DNA of 63,999 bases, filler included, from Piptocephalis cylindrospora (lineage: Eukaryota): NCBI GenBank assembly GCA_003614145.1. It is 8 parts of 8 records of this genome, joined end to end, with 100 filler letters (N's around TTAATTAATTAA, not from the genome) between each part and the next. Parts side by side here need not be neighbours in the genome. Positions count along the whole stretch, not along the records: positions 32,794 to 40,867 come from KZ988172.1; positions 40,968 to 48,996 come from KZ988174.1; 6 more parts are not named here. One strand, written 5' to 3'. Below the pieces are notes generated by a model. That model worked only from the letters and a program-made list of their open reading frames with translations. It was not told the DNA's origin and ran no database searches. Shown here in pieces: positions 36,802 to 48,577 of the stretch (position 1 is the stretch's first letter; the number at the start of each line of letters is the position of its first letter). The position numbers and the translations under genes were made by a program.

Positions 36802-37763
36802 GCACGACAACCAGGATGTGATCTAAGAAAAAGATGAGCGTATGAAAAGGGCAAGGGAGGGGGAAAAGGGAGAGTGAGCAATTATCCGGTTGAGCCATCC
36901 ATAGAGCAAAGGATCCAACATACATGTGTAGGAAAATGGGCAGGGAGGTGCTGGTGGATTCTGCGTCAGCGCCTACTGCGAGTACAATCCTGCAGTAAGG
37001 AGTGTTAGGAGAGTTAAGAGGAGAAGGTAAAGGGAGGGAAGGAGAAGAGGACACAGCGTGAGGAGGAGGAAAACTAATCAACGAAGGGATATGAGGGATG
37101 TAGAAGAGGGAGGGAGGAGAGGAAGATCACGGGTTGCAGCCCCAGTCAAGGGCCATGACGCCTTTTATACCCTGGCACACGGGAGCAAATCTAGGACGTG
37201 AGCGGAGTGGGACAAAGCTGATGGCTCGTAGAGGGCGCGCATATCGCTCGGCCCTGTGAACATTATGAGTGTGCATGTATATGTACACCTTGGCAGTTGA
37301 TAGAGGAGATGGGCGAGCGGGAAGCGCAGGTGCAATGTTATCCTTAGGTAGGATCATGGTGGGGCTAGGCCAGTAAGCTCCAAGAAGGGTGGGGGATGCT
37401 TACGGAATACGACAAAGTCATCCTTCTCTCCTTGCTTCACTGGGTTAGATGACAATCTAGATTGGTGATGATAAGACCATTTTATTTTCCCCAGTGGGGA
37501 TAGGCGGATTGACAATCTAGATTGGTCGGTTGATCAGGTCAGAGAAGGCTGGAACGGACAATGGGATAAGGATGATACACATATAAGAAAATGATAGAAG
37601 GATATATCTCACGATCACAGCCATCCATTCTCCTACTCTCCTCCCGTTATTATTATTAAGAACCAAGCGTTACCCCCCGAGCTCTTTGTACCCCTATGCA
37701 TAGTCCAGCGAAAGTGATTAATCATTCTTTGCGGATCTATTCTACCTCAGTATCTTGAGCATC

Positions 37764-38507
37764 TTAGTCATCATCCTCATCCTCACTATCAGCATCCCGA
37801 CTGGATGCGGCCCTAGGCATCCCAGGATCATCATGCTCAATGGTACCTGACTGCTTTAGCAAAGCAATGATATCTATATAAGCGGGAAAAATGAGTATTC
37901 TGCGTCTCCAAACATATGAACAAGCCTTTTACTCTTCCCGACACTTACCTTGAATTCCACGAGTAAAGGCCTGTGGCCCGATAAGCTGCCCTTTGACATC
38001 ACCTTTGGAGTAGACGAGAAGGGTGGGGAGATTGCGGTCAGGGTATCCGGGGACACATTGGTCCGAGATTATCTTGACAAACTTAACCTGAGCATAATGC
38101 TTAGCGAGATCGTCTAGCTGAGTATTCACTAGACGACACGGGACCCAACCCTCCTTGTACATGTGCACCACAACATGCACATCTTGGCTGGCTTCAGTAA
38201 CCTCCCGGACCCAGTCAGGCTTGTTGATGTACCTAACGTCTCCGTAACGTCTGCCCAAAGCCTGCTGTTGCATCTCCTCCATTCTCTTTCGTCGGTACGC
38301 CTGAACTATATCATCATCAAAGTCATCTTCCAGTTCATCCAGCCCATCCAAATCCTCATCCTCGAGTGCGTGCGTTTGGCCTCTCCGTTCTACTTCGGCA
38401 TCGGCGACCGCATAGAAGATATCTCGGTCTGACGGCCCCTTCTCAGGAATGATTTTATGGGCTCTGAGGATGTCGTTCCATTCGGTATCTTCCTCGGGAT
38501 TGGACAT
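37764..38507 (-). CDS. PLP2: Phosducin-like protein Plp2/PDCL3, 2 exons
   Basis: NPEEDTEWNDILRAHKIIPEK, YRRKRMEEM, KPDWVREVTEAS, CVPGYPDRNLPTLLVY. Confidence 0.93.
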
Positions 38508-40077
38508 AATACTCTGAAGGCAGTGGGTGGAGGCAGAGAGAGCACGGGGGGATAAGGAAAAGGATGGCCTGGGACGATTGAGGGGAATGCTCAGCCTGAT
38601 GGGCTAAAGGGTCCCCTGAGCACATCAGGCAGTATCCCTGGTCGCAGTCGGCGAATTTCTATGCCAAAACTTACAAGTAGATTGTCATTTAGTCTAGGGT
38701 AGAATAATGAGTGGTGTGGGGCATTTGGTGTCTGCACACCAGAAGAGAGGCGTTTTTTGGGTGTGGGGTATGCACAGATGCGTGTAGGTGTGTATGAGTG
38801 TGTGCATGCACTATTGCAAGGAAGGATCGGATGACTTAAATTTACTATTATTAGAGGCTTCATAGACGTGTACGGGTACAGAACCAGGCTTGAAACGATC
38901 TGATCACAGGACGTATGCCAGAGAAAGGCTTATTTTAGGGGTGCGATCATCTAGGATGGACCTAAGAAAGTATTTAAGGCGATGAAAAAGGAGCTCTCTC
39001 GTTCTTGAATTCTTGCTTCCGCTTCTCTCTTCCATTTTTGATGATAACAAAGCTGATACATTTTCCCTCAATGGGATAATCTTCTAGGCATTCGAACACA
39101 TAGACCGCCTAATAGGCCAGCATGCGTGGTATCAGCGAGATTTTCTCTCCTATTTTTGAACATTTGGTCCTTCCTTGGTTCGCGTCTAACAACATTCGTT
39201 TTTTTGTTGAATCATTTACGTTGCAAGGACAAGCGGTCTGGGCTACATGTACCTTTCAAGAGGCCTTTGAAAGATGAATCTATTAAAGTTATTGATAAAA
39301 CCGGGATATTTCTATCAGTAGGACAGGCTAATGGAGATCCAAACACAATATTCACTTTCCCTCAGTGTAGATATGATTCTCTACAACTCACATTATCCCC
39401 TTTATGGTTCAAGGACTTTGCCATGATGATGTATCTAAAGCTCGGGTACACGCCAAGAGCATGATCCTGGTGTCACACAGACCAGCCTTATGGGCGGTGA
39501 TGCGTTCGGATGCTCCCATGCTTACTCCATCGGAGAAATAAAATGATTTTATCATCATCATCAGCCTTATTCCCAAGCGTAACTGAAACGATTAAGGGAT
39601 ATTCCTGTATAGGGCTATTTTTTCAATCTATGCCTACATGATCAGTGTTGTCTCAAGAGAGGTGAATTATACTAGACATCCAGCTCTCCTGTCTCCTTTT
39701 CCAAGACGTCGCGAATGATCTCGATCGGGATCTTAATCGGATACAATTCCTCCTTCGAAAAATCATTGATAACGTGAGTTTCATGCCCATCAATAGGAAA
39801 TTTCTTCTATGATCAAAACAAAGTATTCTTTGACGAGCCTTGTATAGCGCATTTCTTTCATTTGGCTCCACATTCAGCAGCCCTCTTCCATGTCCACGCC
39901 TAATATGCGCCATTAATAGTCTTCATTGCATGGGCAACTCCCTTCACCATATTTCCTGCATCAATTGACCTGTGGGATTGCTTGGGCCATTCAAGTACGC
40001 ATGAAATCTCGGTGTATTGTGTTTACCCCATCCAAGTTTCTTGCCTCCACCATGAACTCTCGTCCTTCCGTTCCATC

Positions 40078-40635
40078 ATGTCCAAAGAACTTTTTCTGGT
40101 CCTAGAGTGCCATGATGGCCGGGGCTTCCTCCCACGACATCCTTCCTACCGTCTCACACTACATGCCCAGTTATTGGATGCTTCCTTGGAAACCGATCCT
40201 GTCCTGCCTACTACCTGCCCTATTTTCCACTCCGACCTGGCCTTTACTCTGAGTCGGGACCGACTGGTCAAGCTCAGGACCTCTAGGGCTAGTATTCGCG
40301 TCCAGGTCCCCCTCCCCCCGCCGTATCCTCGACGATGGACTAGTCTGGGCTACTTACTCGTCCCCACTCGAGCAGCAAGCCCTTCAAATCCCCCACGCGT
40401 CTGGTATTCTGTCTTGGGCCTGCCCCAAGAGTACAAACAGGCGGGGGCACATCCACAAGTACGATTGAGCCTATCATTGGATACACCGCCAGATCCACCC
40501 TCCCCCGTCCTTGCTCCCCGCTACTCTGACCTTGATCATGGCGTTCCTAAGGATCAATCTATCACCACCCAGGGAACTGGGGCGAGAGAGCGCTCTGCTA
40601 TCCGATCCTCTATCCAAACATCATCGCTCCCATGA
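40078..40635 (+). CDS. CEP120: CEP120-like protein, first C2 domain (DUF3668-type); continuation disrupted or truncated
   Basis: LFLVLECHDGRGF.PRHP..L.LHAQL....LETDPV..T..P.F.SDLAF.LSR..L...R..R..IRVQ...LGYLLV..RAA......WY.VL parallels the human CEP120 N-terminus as recalled ([55 protein letters not shown]). Confidence 0.75.
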   Translation: MSKELFLVLECHDGRGFLPRHPSYRLTLHAQLLDASLETDPVLPTTCPIFHSDLAFTLSRDRLVKLRTSRASIRVQVPLPPPYPRRWTSLGYLLVPTRAASPSNPPRVWYSVLGLPQEYKQAGAHPQVRLSLSLDTPPDPPSPVLAPRYSDLDHGVPKDQSITTQGTGARERSAIRSSIQTSSLP

Positions 40636-40967
40636 GCCAATCAATCATAGCCTTTCCTGATGTGAGAAACGTCATGACATTATCCTTGCCTTGTCCTTCC
40701 AATAAAATCATCCAGCCTCATGTGTTCGTTCATGCAGGTGTATTTCATCCTCTCATCTTTACTGTACCCATCTTTATCCTCTCCTCTTTCCTCCTATGGC
40801 AAATACAGCCCATCCAAAGCTTCGACATCCACCCCTAGACTGGATGGCGCATCTTTGGAACGGGCAANNNNNNNNNNNNNNNNNNNNNNNNNNNNNNNNN
40901 NNNNNNNNNNNTTAATTAATTAANNNNNNNNNNNNNNNNNNNNNNNNNNNNNNNNNNNNNNNNNNNN

Positions 40968-43346
40968 TGATCCCAAAGGCTCTCATGCCAGCCCCCTCCT
41001 AGAGCCCGAGGACCTTTGTAAGTCCCCATCGTCTGACCTTGGACCAGAGCGTAATTCCCGACTTTCCTCCCTCTTTCCATGGCCTCCTGGAGACCTAAGA
41101 GAGAGATGGGATGAGGGGGATCGACTTCCCGAGACACTTTTCCGTGCATTCTATTATCTCCATGGAAGGAAAAAGAAGGATAAATGAGAGCGCCCAGATC
41201 AGGTTGGTGGAGCAAATCTACTGACCTTGAGCGCTTCAAAGCTTGCACGTAGAGCAGCGACTTCCCGGGTCGGAGAGATAGGTTCAGCCATCATGCCCGA
41301 AGGTATAGGAGTCATAAAATAGTTATTTTCCTTTCCCTCCTCCTCTCCCCCTTTCCCGCTGGTATGGGCAACGGACGAGATGGGGGAGGGGGATGAAGAA
41401 GAGGGAAATAGTTTTAAGGAAGCGCTTCGTTGGTGCAAGGATAGAGAGCTCTGTTGATCGGATCGTTGCTTTAGTAGTTCTTTGTCATGCTGGGAGGTTT
41501 TGGTAGGTCCGAGATTTGAAGGACCCAGGGTATGGATGCGGGTGGGAGGAGCAAGGCCCCGTCGGCCTGATAAAACACTTCCCCACCCACCCTCCTTTTT
41601 CGACCATTTCCTTCCCAGCTCTCCAGAGCCTGTATCAGTGAGTGTATCATTGATTTGGCCGGAAAGTCCCACATCTTCGCCATCCTCTTTCCCTTCCTTA
41701 ATCTAGAATGGTAAGGTGGATGAGGTAAATAATGAAAGGGGTGAGTATGTATCACTCATTCTCTTAGCGTCCCAAGGAAATATACCTCAAAATCCTTTGA
41801 CTCGGTAACAGGAGGGGAGGAAAGTGAGGTAATTAGGTGATCGGTAGAGCTTGTACTACGACCGTGGCGACGGAATCGGCGGTACCATGGCCGGTGGACA
41901 CTCCCTCCTCCATCACTCTCCGAGGCTCCTTGAGCACTGGATGGCCTGACCAAAACTGCGCTTTGGGGCTTCACGAGGGCTTTGTCTTCGTGCAGGGTAT
42001 GCGACGATGGGGGATTGGAGGCCAGCCTCATCTCCTTTTCCTTTTCTTCTTCTTCCCTTATCCATGCTCTATGAGCTTCTTCCTCCTTTTCCGCCCGAAG
42101 ACGCGCCCTCCCCTCTTCCCTTTGCCTATGCCGTTCCTCCCTCCGTAGCCTCCTCGCTTCTTTAGCCGGGTTCCAGGCATCCTGGGCCTGAGCCTCTGCT
42201 AAGCTAAGGTAATATTTTAGAAGGGTGGATTTACACTTGTCTGCCCGTAGCAAGGTGCTCTTGGTTATGGGGGTGACAACCACGGGAGTTTGGAATGAGA
42301 GGCCCAGAATGGAAGTAGAGGAGGATGGAGAGGGGGCTGAATTGGTAGCAGTGGCAGCGGAAGCCACCACTTTAGGGTGAAATGATTGGGAGAGGTCTGC
42401 CGAGGCTGAATGGATACCAATGAACATGAGTATTTGATTGCCCCTATGTAGTTCTCTTAAATCCTTTTAACATACGGCTAGAGCGCTTTGTCTTACCTGT
42501 ATGTCTTGGAGTTCTTTTGGGCTGAGGGGACGGTTCAGGGATAGGAAAGATAGGAGAGGCGGTGCGTGGTGGGGACGGGGCGAGTCGAGAGGGTCCGCTT
42601 TGAGTTCCCATCGAGGGAAGGGCAGATGGAGGAGCGATGGGAGTGGCGGCAGTGGTGGAGGCCACTTGGGAGATCTCCCGAACATTTTCCTCATCCACCC
42701 GGGCCAAGAGCTCCTCTAGATCCCTATCGCTTCCCAAATCCCGCGCTATGGGGGAAAGAGGATCGAGAGAGCCGGAGACGGGACTCTGCCAGGATTGAGC
42801 CGGGGGAGATCGAGCACGACGGAGGGAACCATAGGAAGCAAGACTCCCTTTTTTCCCTTGATCCCCATCTCGAAGATCATCTGCTCGAGTGGAGGATGGT
42901 CTTAGCGAAGAAACAAGGGATGAACTACCGGATGAGGAGAGATCTAAAGTGGGGCTAGTGACCAGCTGCAGCGGGGAAGCAAGTTGCTTGTGTCGCGGGG
43001 CACCACGACGTGAATCATTCAACGATCCATCTGGTGAAGGGATGGAGGGAGGAGGGGGCGAGTTTTGGGATTCCCGGGAGGTGTGTGCTCGATGCAGATG
43101 ATGAGCCGTGGAGGACACCCAGGACGAGATGAATTCCTCCTTGGACCGCTGCTCCATCCCTTCAGGAGGTGAGTCCAAGGCAGCTGAAATGGCCGGAAGG
43201 GAGGGGGAGCGAGTAGGTGTGTTGGATCGAGGTTTCGGGGAGGCCGAAGCCCTTTGCTCACCAGATCCTCCGGATGGACTTGAACCTTTCCCAGGACTCC
43301 AAGGCTGTGGGCCTCGAGAGCGGGATCGGCCCGATCCATGCTCCAT
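40968..43346 (-). CDS. Large low-complexity Ser/Pro-rich protein, multi-exon, 3' truncated; weak resemblance to Mtc4-like proteins
   Basis: Consecutive same-strand ORFs (300, 223, 157 aa) separated by GT-AG introns. One ordered segment: STLLRADKCKSTLLKYY..WNPAKEARR. Confidence 0.55.
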
Positions 43347-44238
43347 ATCAAGAGGAGAGGATTGCGCTAGAGTCAGGGAGCAGTTACGGAGACGGATGGG
43401 GTGGACCAGTAAGGTCTTTGGATATGACCAAGGAGAGGAAGGGCGTGGTCCAGTGAATGTGTTTATCTAGGCCAGGAAGGGTGGTGGCTTGAGAAGGGAC
43501 AAGTACAAAAGGTCTTTAAAAGTAGGATGGGAAGGAAGAGAAAGTGAGCCTACGATCATGGACCTTGAACTGTATCCTCTAGGAGAGCATCCATTTAATA
43601 AGGAGGGGGCTGGCATGAGAGCCTTTGGGATCAATATGTTATGAGGAGTACAAGGGATGTGACGGATGAGCTCAGGGTCAGGGGAATCACCACCAACGCT
43701 GCTGGAACTCTGCTGAGGTGTGAGACAGAATAGTGTAACACCACGGTTTAAAGCTTGGCGAGCATGTGTGTGTGTGTGTGTGTGCGGTGATATGCAGGGA
43801 AGATCACCCGCCATCTCAGCCGTGATGGCGTAGGGAGACTGGCATGTGTTGGCAGGAAGGAACCAAGGATGGGTGGGTAACAGTAGCTTCATCCTCATGC
43901 TTCTCCCCACGCATCACTCATTCATCACCTCCTCGAACTTTGATGTGTGGGAGGTGGAGTCAATTCTTGCTTACAGGATAGGCTTACTGTTTCTTGATAT
44001 CTAATAGAAAGAAGAATATCTTGAGGAGCCATGGATGTAGGATGGTAAAATGATTGCATTAAGAAGCCCTAGTGCTCCTAATCGTGTTGTCAATATGGCT
44101 TTGATGACACCCACTTATTCACATATCATTCCCGTCATCTCCAAAAAAGTAGGGTGAGCTCTGAGCCTCATCGCAACACCCAGTAATTACTCATCAAATC
44201 TACGAGATCAGTGTGCTCATGACATTCTGCCAAGAATA

Positions 44239-46323
44239 TCACCACAGTGATGCTTCTACGTCTTTGCCTTCCCGGGCCCTCTTTCTTTGCTTCTTCTTGG
44301 TTTGTTTGCGCCTCTTGGGATGTCCTGGTATGGAATCTATGGTGGATGTAGCAGCAGGAGACTCCATCGCATCTTCCCTGATTTCCTCCTCCTCCTCTTT
44401 ATCGGTCTCGCCCTCTGATTCCGACCGATCATGCTTCCTCGTTTCCTTGATTCCAGCATCTATGTATCCTGAGATGGATGCGGGGCGTCGGATGAAACAA
44501 GCCACAAAAAATCCATTGGTCCTATCCTTGTCTGGGTATGCACGCACTAGGGAATCCAGTTGTTCTAGGAGAAATGAATGGGAGGGAGGATTAGAATGCC
44601 ATCACTTCTTTTCTTTGACTCAAGAAATGCTAGTTCGTTTACCATCCGTAAGGTTTCCTTGAGACTTGGTCTCTCCACGCGTCGACCAAGTGGGCAGGAC
44701 TTGGGAACGGGGAGCAAGGATAAAGTGCGGATGGGAGGCAAGGATAGTCTCAACCACCCTTTCATTCTCCTGGGCATGCACAGAGCAGGTGGAGTATACG
44801 ATTTTACGGGCAGCCGGGAAGGTCATGGCATGCTTAATAATTGAGATCTGGAATTGGGAGAGACTGACTAGCCTATCCTTTTCCTCCCCTCCATTTCCAT
44901 CATCCATGTCATCTAGAGGGTTGGGAATGATGAGTATGGCAGATAATTAAGCCACCTGCCTCTCCTCTAGTGCCTAATTTACATTCAGAAGAGGATTGAG
45001 AGGCTGTGGCTACGTCGGCTAGATGATCCAATCGACTGATGATCCCGGATCCCGAGCAGGATGGGTCCAGGAGGAGATACTCAACCTGAGAAAGTGCTTC
45101 ATCCTTCGGATTCGTCTCTAAAAAACTTCCATGTTTTGCTTGGATGACTGCAGAGGGATGAGTCTTCCATGGTCATCAGCCTTTCCTCCCCGTTCACTTA
45201 CTATTACATCCGGCTTTTCCAGTCATACGTTTTAGGAGGTCTAAACGTCGTGCATCTAGGTCATAGGCAATGACCTTTCCCTGGTTATTCATCCGGGCCA
45301 CGAGATGACTCGTCTTATTTCCTGGAGCAGCACAAGCATCTACGACACTAGATCCAGGAGGAGGGTTGAGGACAAAGGCTGGGAAGCACGAGGCCTTATC
45401 CTGAATAATTATGTCCCCTCGGACATAAAGAGCATCCGCATGAAGGTCGGTTCCAGAAGGTAGAATGAGAAGCTCCGGAAGGTGGGGATCCTGCATGACG
45501 GTCTTGCTCCTATGAAATGAGGAAGTGGGCTTGAGAATGGAGATGGAATCCATCTAGCCCCATAGTAAAATAAAGGCTTACTTGGGTAGTAGCTCGGACC
45601 ACTCCTCCACCTGTCGGTACCCGGACCGAATATAATGTCGTAATGCATGATCTGGAGTTGTTTTTAATGTGTTCACCCGTACGTATCGAGGGATGGTAAC
45701 TAGGAAAAGTGGGGATGGTATAAATAACGCGCCGCGCCGCGCCCCATCATCCTAAAGGCTCATTTATCCATAACTCACCAGCATTCTTGACTGAGGCGGG
45801 GAGGAGATCTGAGATCTCTTGGACGCCTCGTCGTACCTTCAACCTTGCTAGTTCAGCCGCCAATCTGGACTTGTTCTTCACCACCCCACTGGCCGCTGGT
45901 GCCATGAGTATGCTCTTAGGTGGGCCACGCTTGGTGAGGAGTAAGTCATGACACAAAACCAGTGCAAGGCTCTTGGATAACTACCCAAAGATATAGGATA
46001 CTGTGAGCCTGTAGGAGAAAGAGGGTAACCCGATGCAACATTTACCTTTTTCTCGGTCTTCAACAATCCAACGCCCTCAATAACGTCTTCTAGCACCAGC
46101 TTATCTAGAAGGAGCAAGTTAGTAGGCTTATACACCCTCATATTCTATCCTCTTCTTTCCTCATTCCCAGAATCAGGTTGAGCTCACATTTGAGTGTCTC
46201 ACAGACAATCGCGTACATGCGCTTCTTATCCTGGACTTTTGGGTTAAGGACCAGGGACTTGACCGTCCCCTTCTTCAAGGATAGCTTATCAAGGATTTCC
46301 GCAGCCTGTCGGTAAAAGTTCAT
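44239..46323 (-). CDS. RCM1: 25S rRNA m5C methyltransferase Rcm1/NSUN5, multi-exon
   Basis: MNFYRQAAEIL, IPRYVRVNTLK, IIQDKASCFPA, VVDACAAPGNKTSH, LLLDPSCSGSG, IVYSTCSVHAQENE, TNGFFVACF. Confidence 0.95.
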
Positions 46324-46843
46324 CTGAGATGAGAATAAGGCAAGGATAAAAGTGATTTGGAAGGAAGGAAGCGAGGACTTGGGTCAGGGTTATCACCTCT
46401 CCTTTATCCTAGCTGGTGAGCATATCAGATGATGACATTCCACTCGTCTGGCGGAGATTTCTGCAAGTAGGCGCATGTTTCTACAGGTCTCGTCATTTTC
46501 TTTTTGTCCTGGGCTTGCTAAGACTTTTTCGTGAGGATATCTTAAGGATGAGGTATATCTTTAAACCCTCAACATGATTAGAGAGGCCCGACTGATTTCA
46601 AAATCCTCCATGAGTGCTCAGGATGGCTCAATTGACTTTGAGATTATCTAATGATGCAGTCAGGACTACATAATCGACCTTGAAACGATCCAATCAATTA
46701 ATTCATGATGATATTTCATGTATATGTGAAAGTTACCCGTAACACTTGTACAGTAAATGCGTTCTTTCGATCTTCCTTTATTCCCATCTTCGCTCCTCCC
46801 TCCTCTTCCAGCCATAACGCATAGAACGAGTCATCCCGGGGGT

Positions 46844-48577
46844 TTATGCGGAGCTAGAGGATTCTTTTAGCGTCCCGGCCAACTCCTCAGCCTCGGATAG
46901 GCTCTTGACCCGGATCAGTATCATGGTTAGAGAACCATCAGATCCCACCTGGGCCAATGTACGAATGTCCTTTTGACCCGGTGTGTGCATTATCGTGACG
47001 CCCGAGGCAAATCGACTATTCAGGATTACCTTGCCTCCATCCGTCCGACAAAGCATCCTCCTCTTTCCTTGGTCTCCTTCCATTTCCTCCTTCACCTTGA
47101 AGATCCCAACTCCCAGGGTTTCCCAGCCCTCCTTGGTTTTAGTGAATAGCTTGGTGCGCATCTGCAACAATGTCTTTTCCCCTTCCTCCCCTTCCCCAGA
47201 CATGATCGCCTCATTCGTTGTCTGCTCATCTTGCACTGCATCCGACGGCTCGTCTTGCTTATTATCGGCCACTGAGGCAGAGGAGGAGGCAGAGGGAGAA
47301 GAAGAAACTAAAGAAGATGTGGAGGATGAAAGGAAAAGGGAGGGTGCACTCTGCATGGATAAGCCAAAGGCGGTGAAAGGGGTAGATGTGGGAGCCAGAG
47401 AGATCGCAGATGCATTATCATTGGAAGTGGGAGGCTTGGAGGAGGGAGTGGAAGGACCAGAGTTTAGAGAAGTGGTTGAGGAGAGAGATGGGGATGATGA
47501 GGAGGAAGGAGGATGATCCATGAGAAAAGAAAAGGGGTTGGGTCTACTCTGTTCTTTCTTGGAGCCCGATATGGCCAATTCACTAGATTCCTTCTTGGGG
47601 GATGGTGGAGATAGGATAGGGCCCAAGGAGATACCGGTATCGTCTTCGTCTTCGTCTTCATCTTCGATCTCCTCTATCTGCTCCTCTGTGTCTTCATCCT
47701 CATTCTCATCATCATCATCATCCAGAGTAATAGTGACGGGGGCCGAAGAAGAAGATGCGTTAGATCCAAAGCTGGAGAATGAAGAGGAAGAGGTTACCGA
47801 AGAGGAAGAGCGCATCCCAGAGGAGGGGAAGGGTGATCCAGCGGGCGTGAAAGCCTGAGAGAGGGATGAAAAGGGTGAGGCTGCTTCAGTTGTCGAGCCG
47901 ACCATATTGGCCATCGAGGATGATTTGCCAGTGGCAGCTTTTAGGAAGGGGGATGCAGAAAAGCCGCTGGACACACTGGACCCCACTACCTTCTTCGTTG
48001 ATGGAACAAGACCTGGTGTTGTTAAGGACTGTGCCGACCCCAAGCTTCCCCCTTCCTTTCTAGCACCAATGGAAGAGGAAAAGGGTTGCATAGAAAAAGA
48101 AGATGAATCAGATGAGATGGAGGATGTCAAGGATGCCCTGTTAGAGGACACTAGTGCCTTCATCTTCCTCACCATCTCCATCCATGATAGCGCATCCGCA
48201 TACTCAGATCGGAGGTCCTCGAGTCGACTTTGGTATTCGTCGTGCAGATGTGAAAAGTTACACTGCTCACTTTGCTTCATCGAGTCCTGGATATGCTCCA
48301 GGACCAGGGTATTTAGCTCTCGCTGCTTGTCATAGTAGTCGTCCAGTCGTCGCTTCAGCCGAAGATCTTCTCGCTCCCCTGCATCGACCTCCATCTCAAA
48401 GTTCCACCGAGATGCCTGGGGGGTCTCGCTATCCATCGCTTCCATAGTCTTTTGGAACTGTGACATGTCGGTAGAGGAGAAGACAATGGGGGGAAATGTC
48501 GCTCGTGGCCTGAAAGTGAGAATGGAGGAACCCTTTCCTGTTCTTTTAAACAAACTGTCAACATCACGCTTCTTCAT
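46844..48577 (-). CDS. NUP2: Nup2/Nup50-like nucleoporin with C-terminal RanBP1 domain
   Basis: N-terminal MKKRDVD; YY.KQRELN..VLEHI......CNFS.L..EY helix; F-rich low-complexity middle; GEGEEGEKT..RTKLF..WETLGVG..RMLCRTDGGKVILN. Confidence 0.75.
   Translation of the reverse strand: MKKRDVDSLFKRTGKGSSILTFRPRATFPPIVFSSTDMSQFQKTMEAMDSETPQASRWNFEMEVDAGEREDLRLKRRLDDYYDKQRELNTLVLEHIQDSMKQSEQCNFSHLHDEYQSRLEDLRSEYADALSWMEMVRKMKALVSSNRASLTSSISSDSSSFSMQPFSSSIGARKEGGSLGSAQSLTTPGLVPSTKKVVGSSVSSGFSASPFLKAATGKSSSMANMVGSTTEAASPFSSLSQAFTPAGSPFPSSGMRSSSSVTSSSSFSSFGSNASSSSAPVTITLDDDDDENEDEDTEEQIEEIEDEDEDEDDTGISLGPILSPPSPKKESSELAISGSKKEQSRPNPFSFLMDHPPSSSSSPSLSSTTSLNSGPSTPSSKPPTSNDNASAISLAPTSTPFTAFGLSMQSAPSLFLSSSTSSLVSSSPSASSSASVADNKQDEPSDAVQDEQTTNEAIMSGEGEEGEKTLLQMRTKLFTKTKEGWETLGVGIFKVKEEMEGDQGKRRMLCRTDGGKVILNSRFASGVTIMHTPGQKDIRTLAQVGSDGSLTMILIRVKSLSEAEELAGTLKESSSSA

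Noticed and set aside
40633..40635. TGA in the CEP120-like ORF read as selenocysteine or readthrough
   Set aside because: An in-frame TAG follows within five codons, and there is no redox motif or SECIS-like element.
27105..44116. Shared 15-mer TGATGACACCCACTT at 27105 and 44102, resembling a box C
   Set aside because: A few 15-mer matches are expected by chance in 64 kb, and no box D or stem was found.
46983..48335. Long antisense ORFs over Nup2, Ufd4, TMEM184 and other genes
   Set aside because: Shadow frames of low-complexity or GC3-biased coding sequence.
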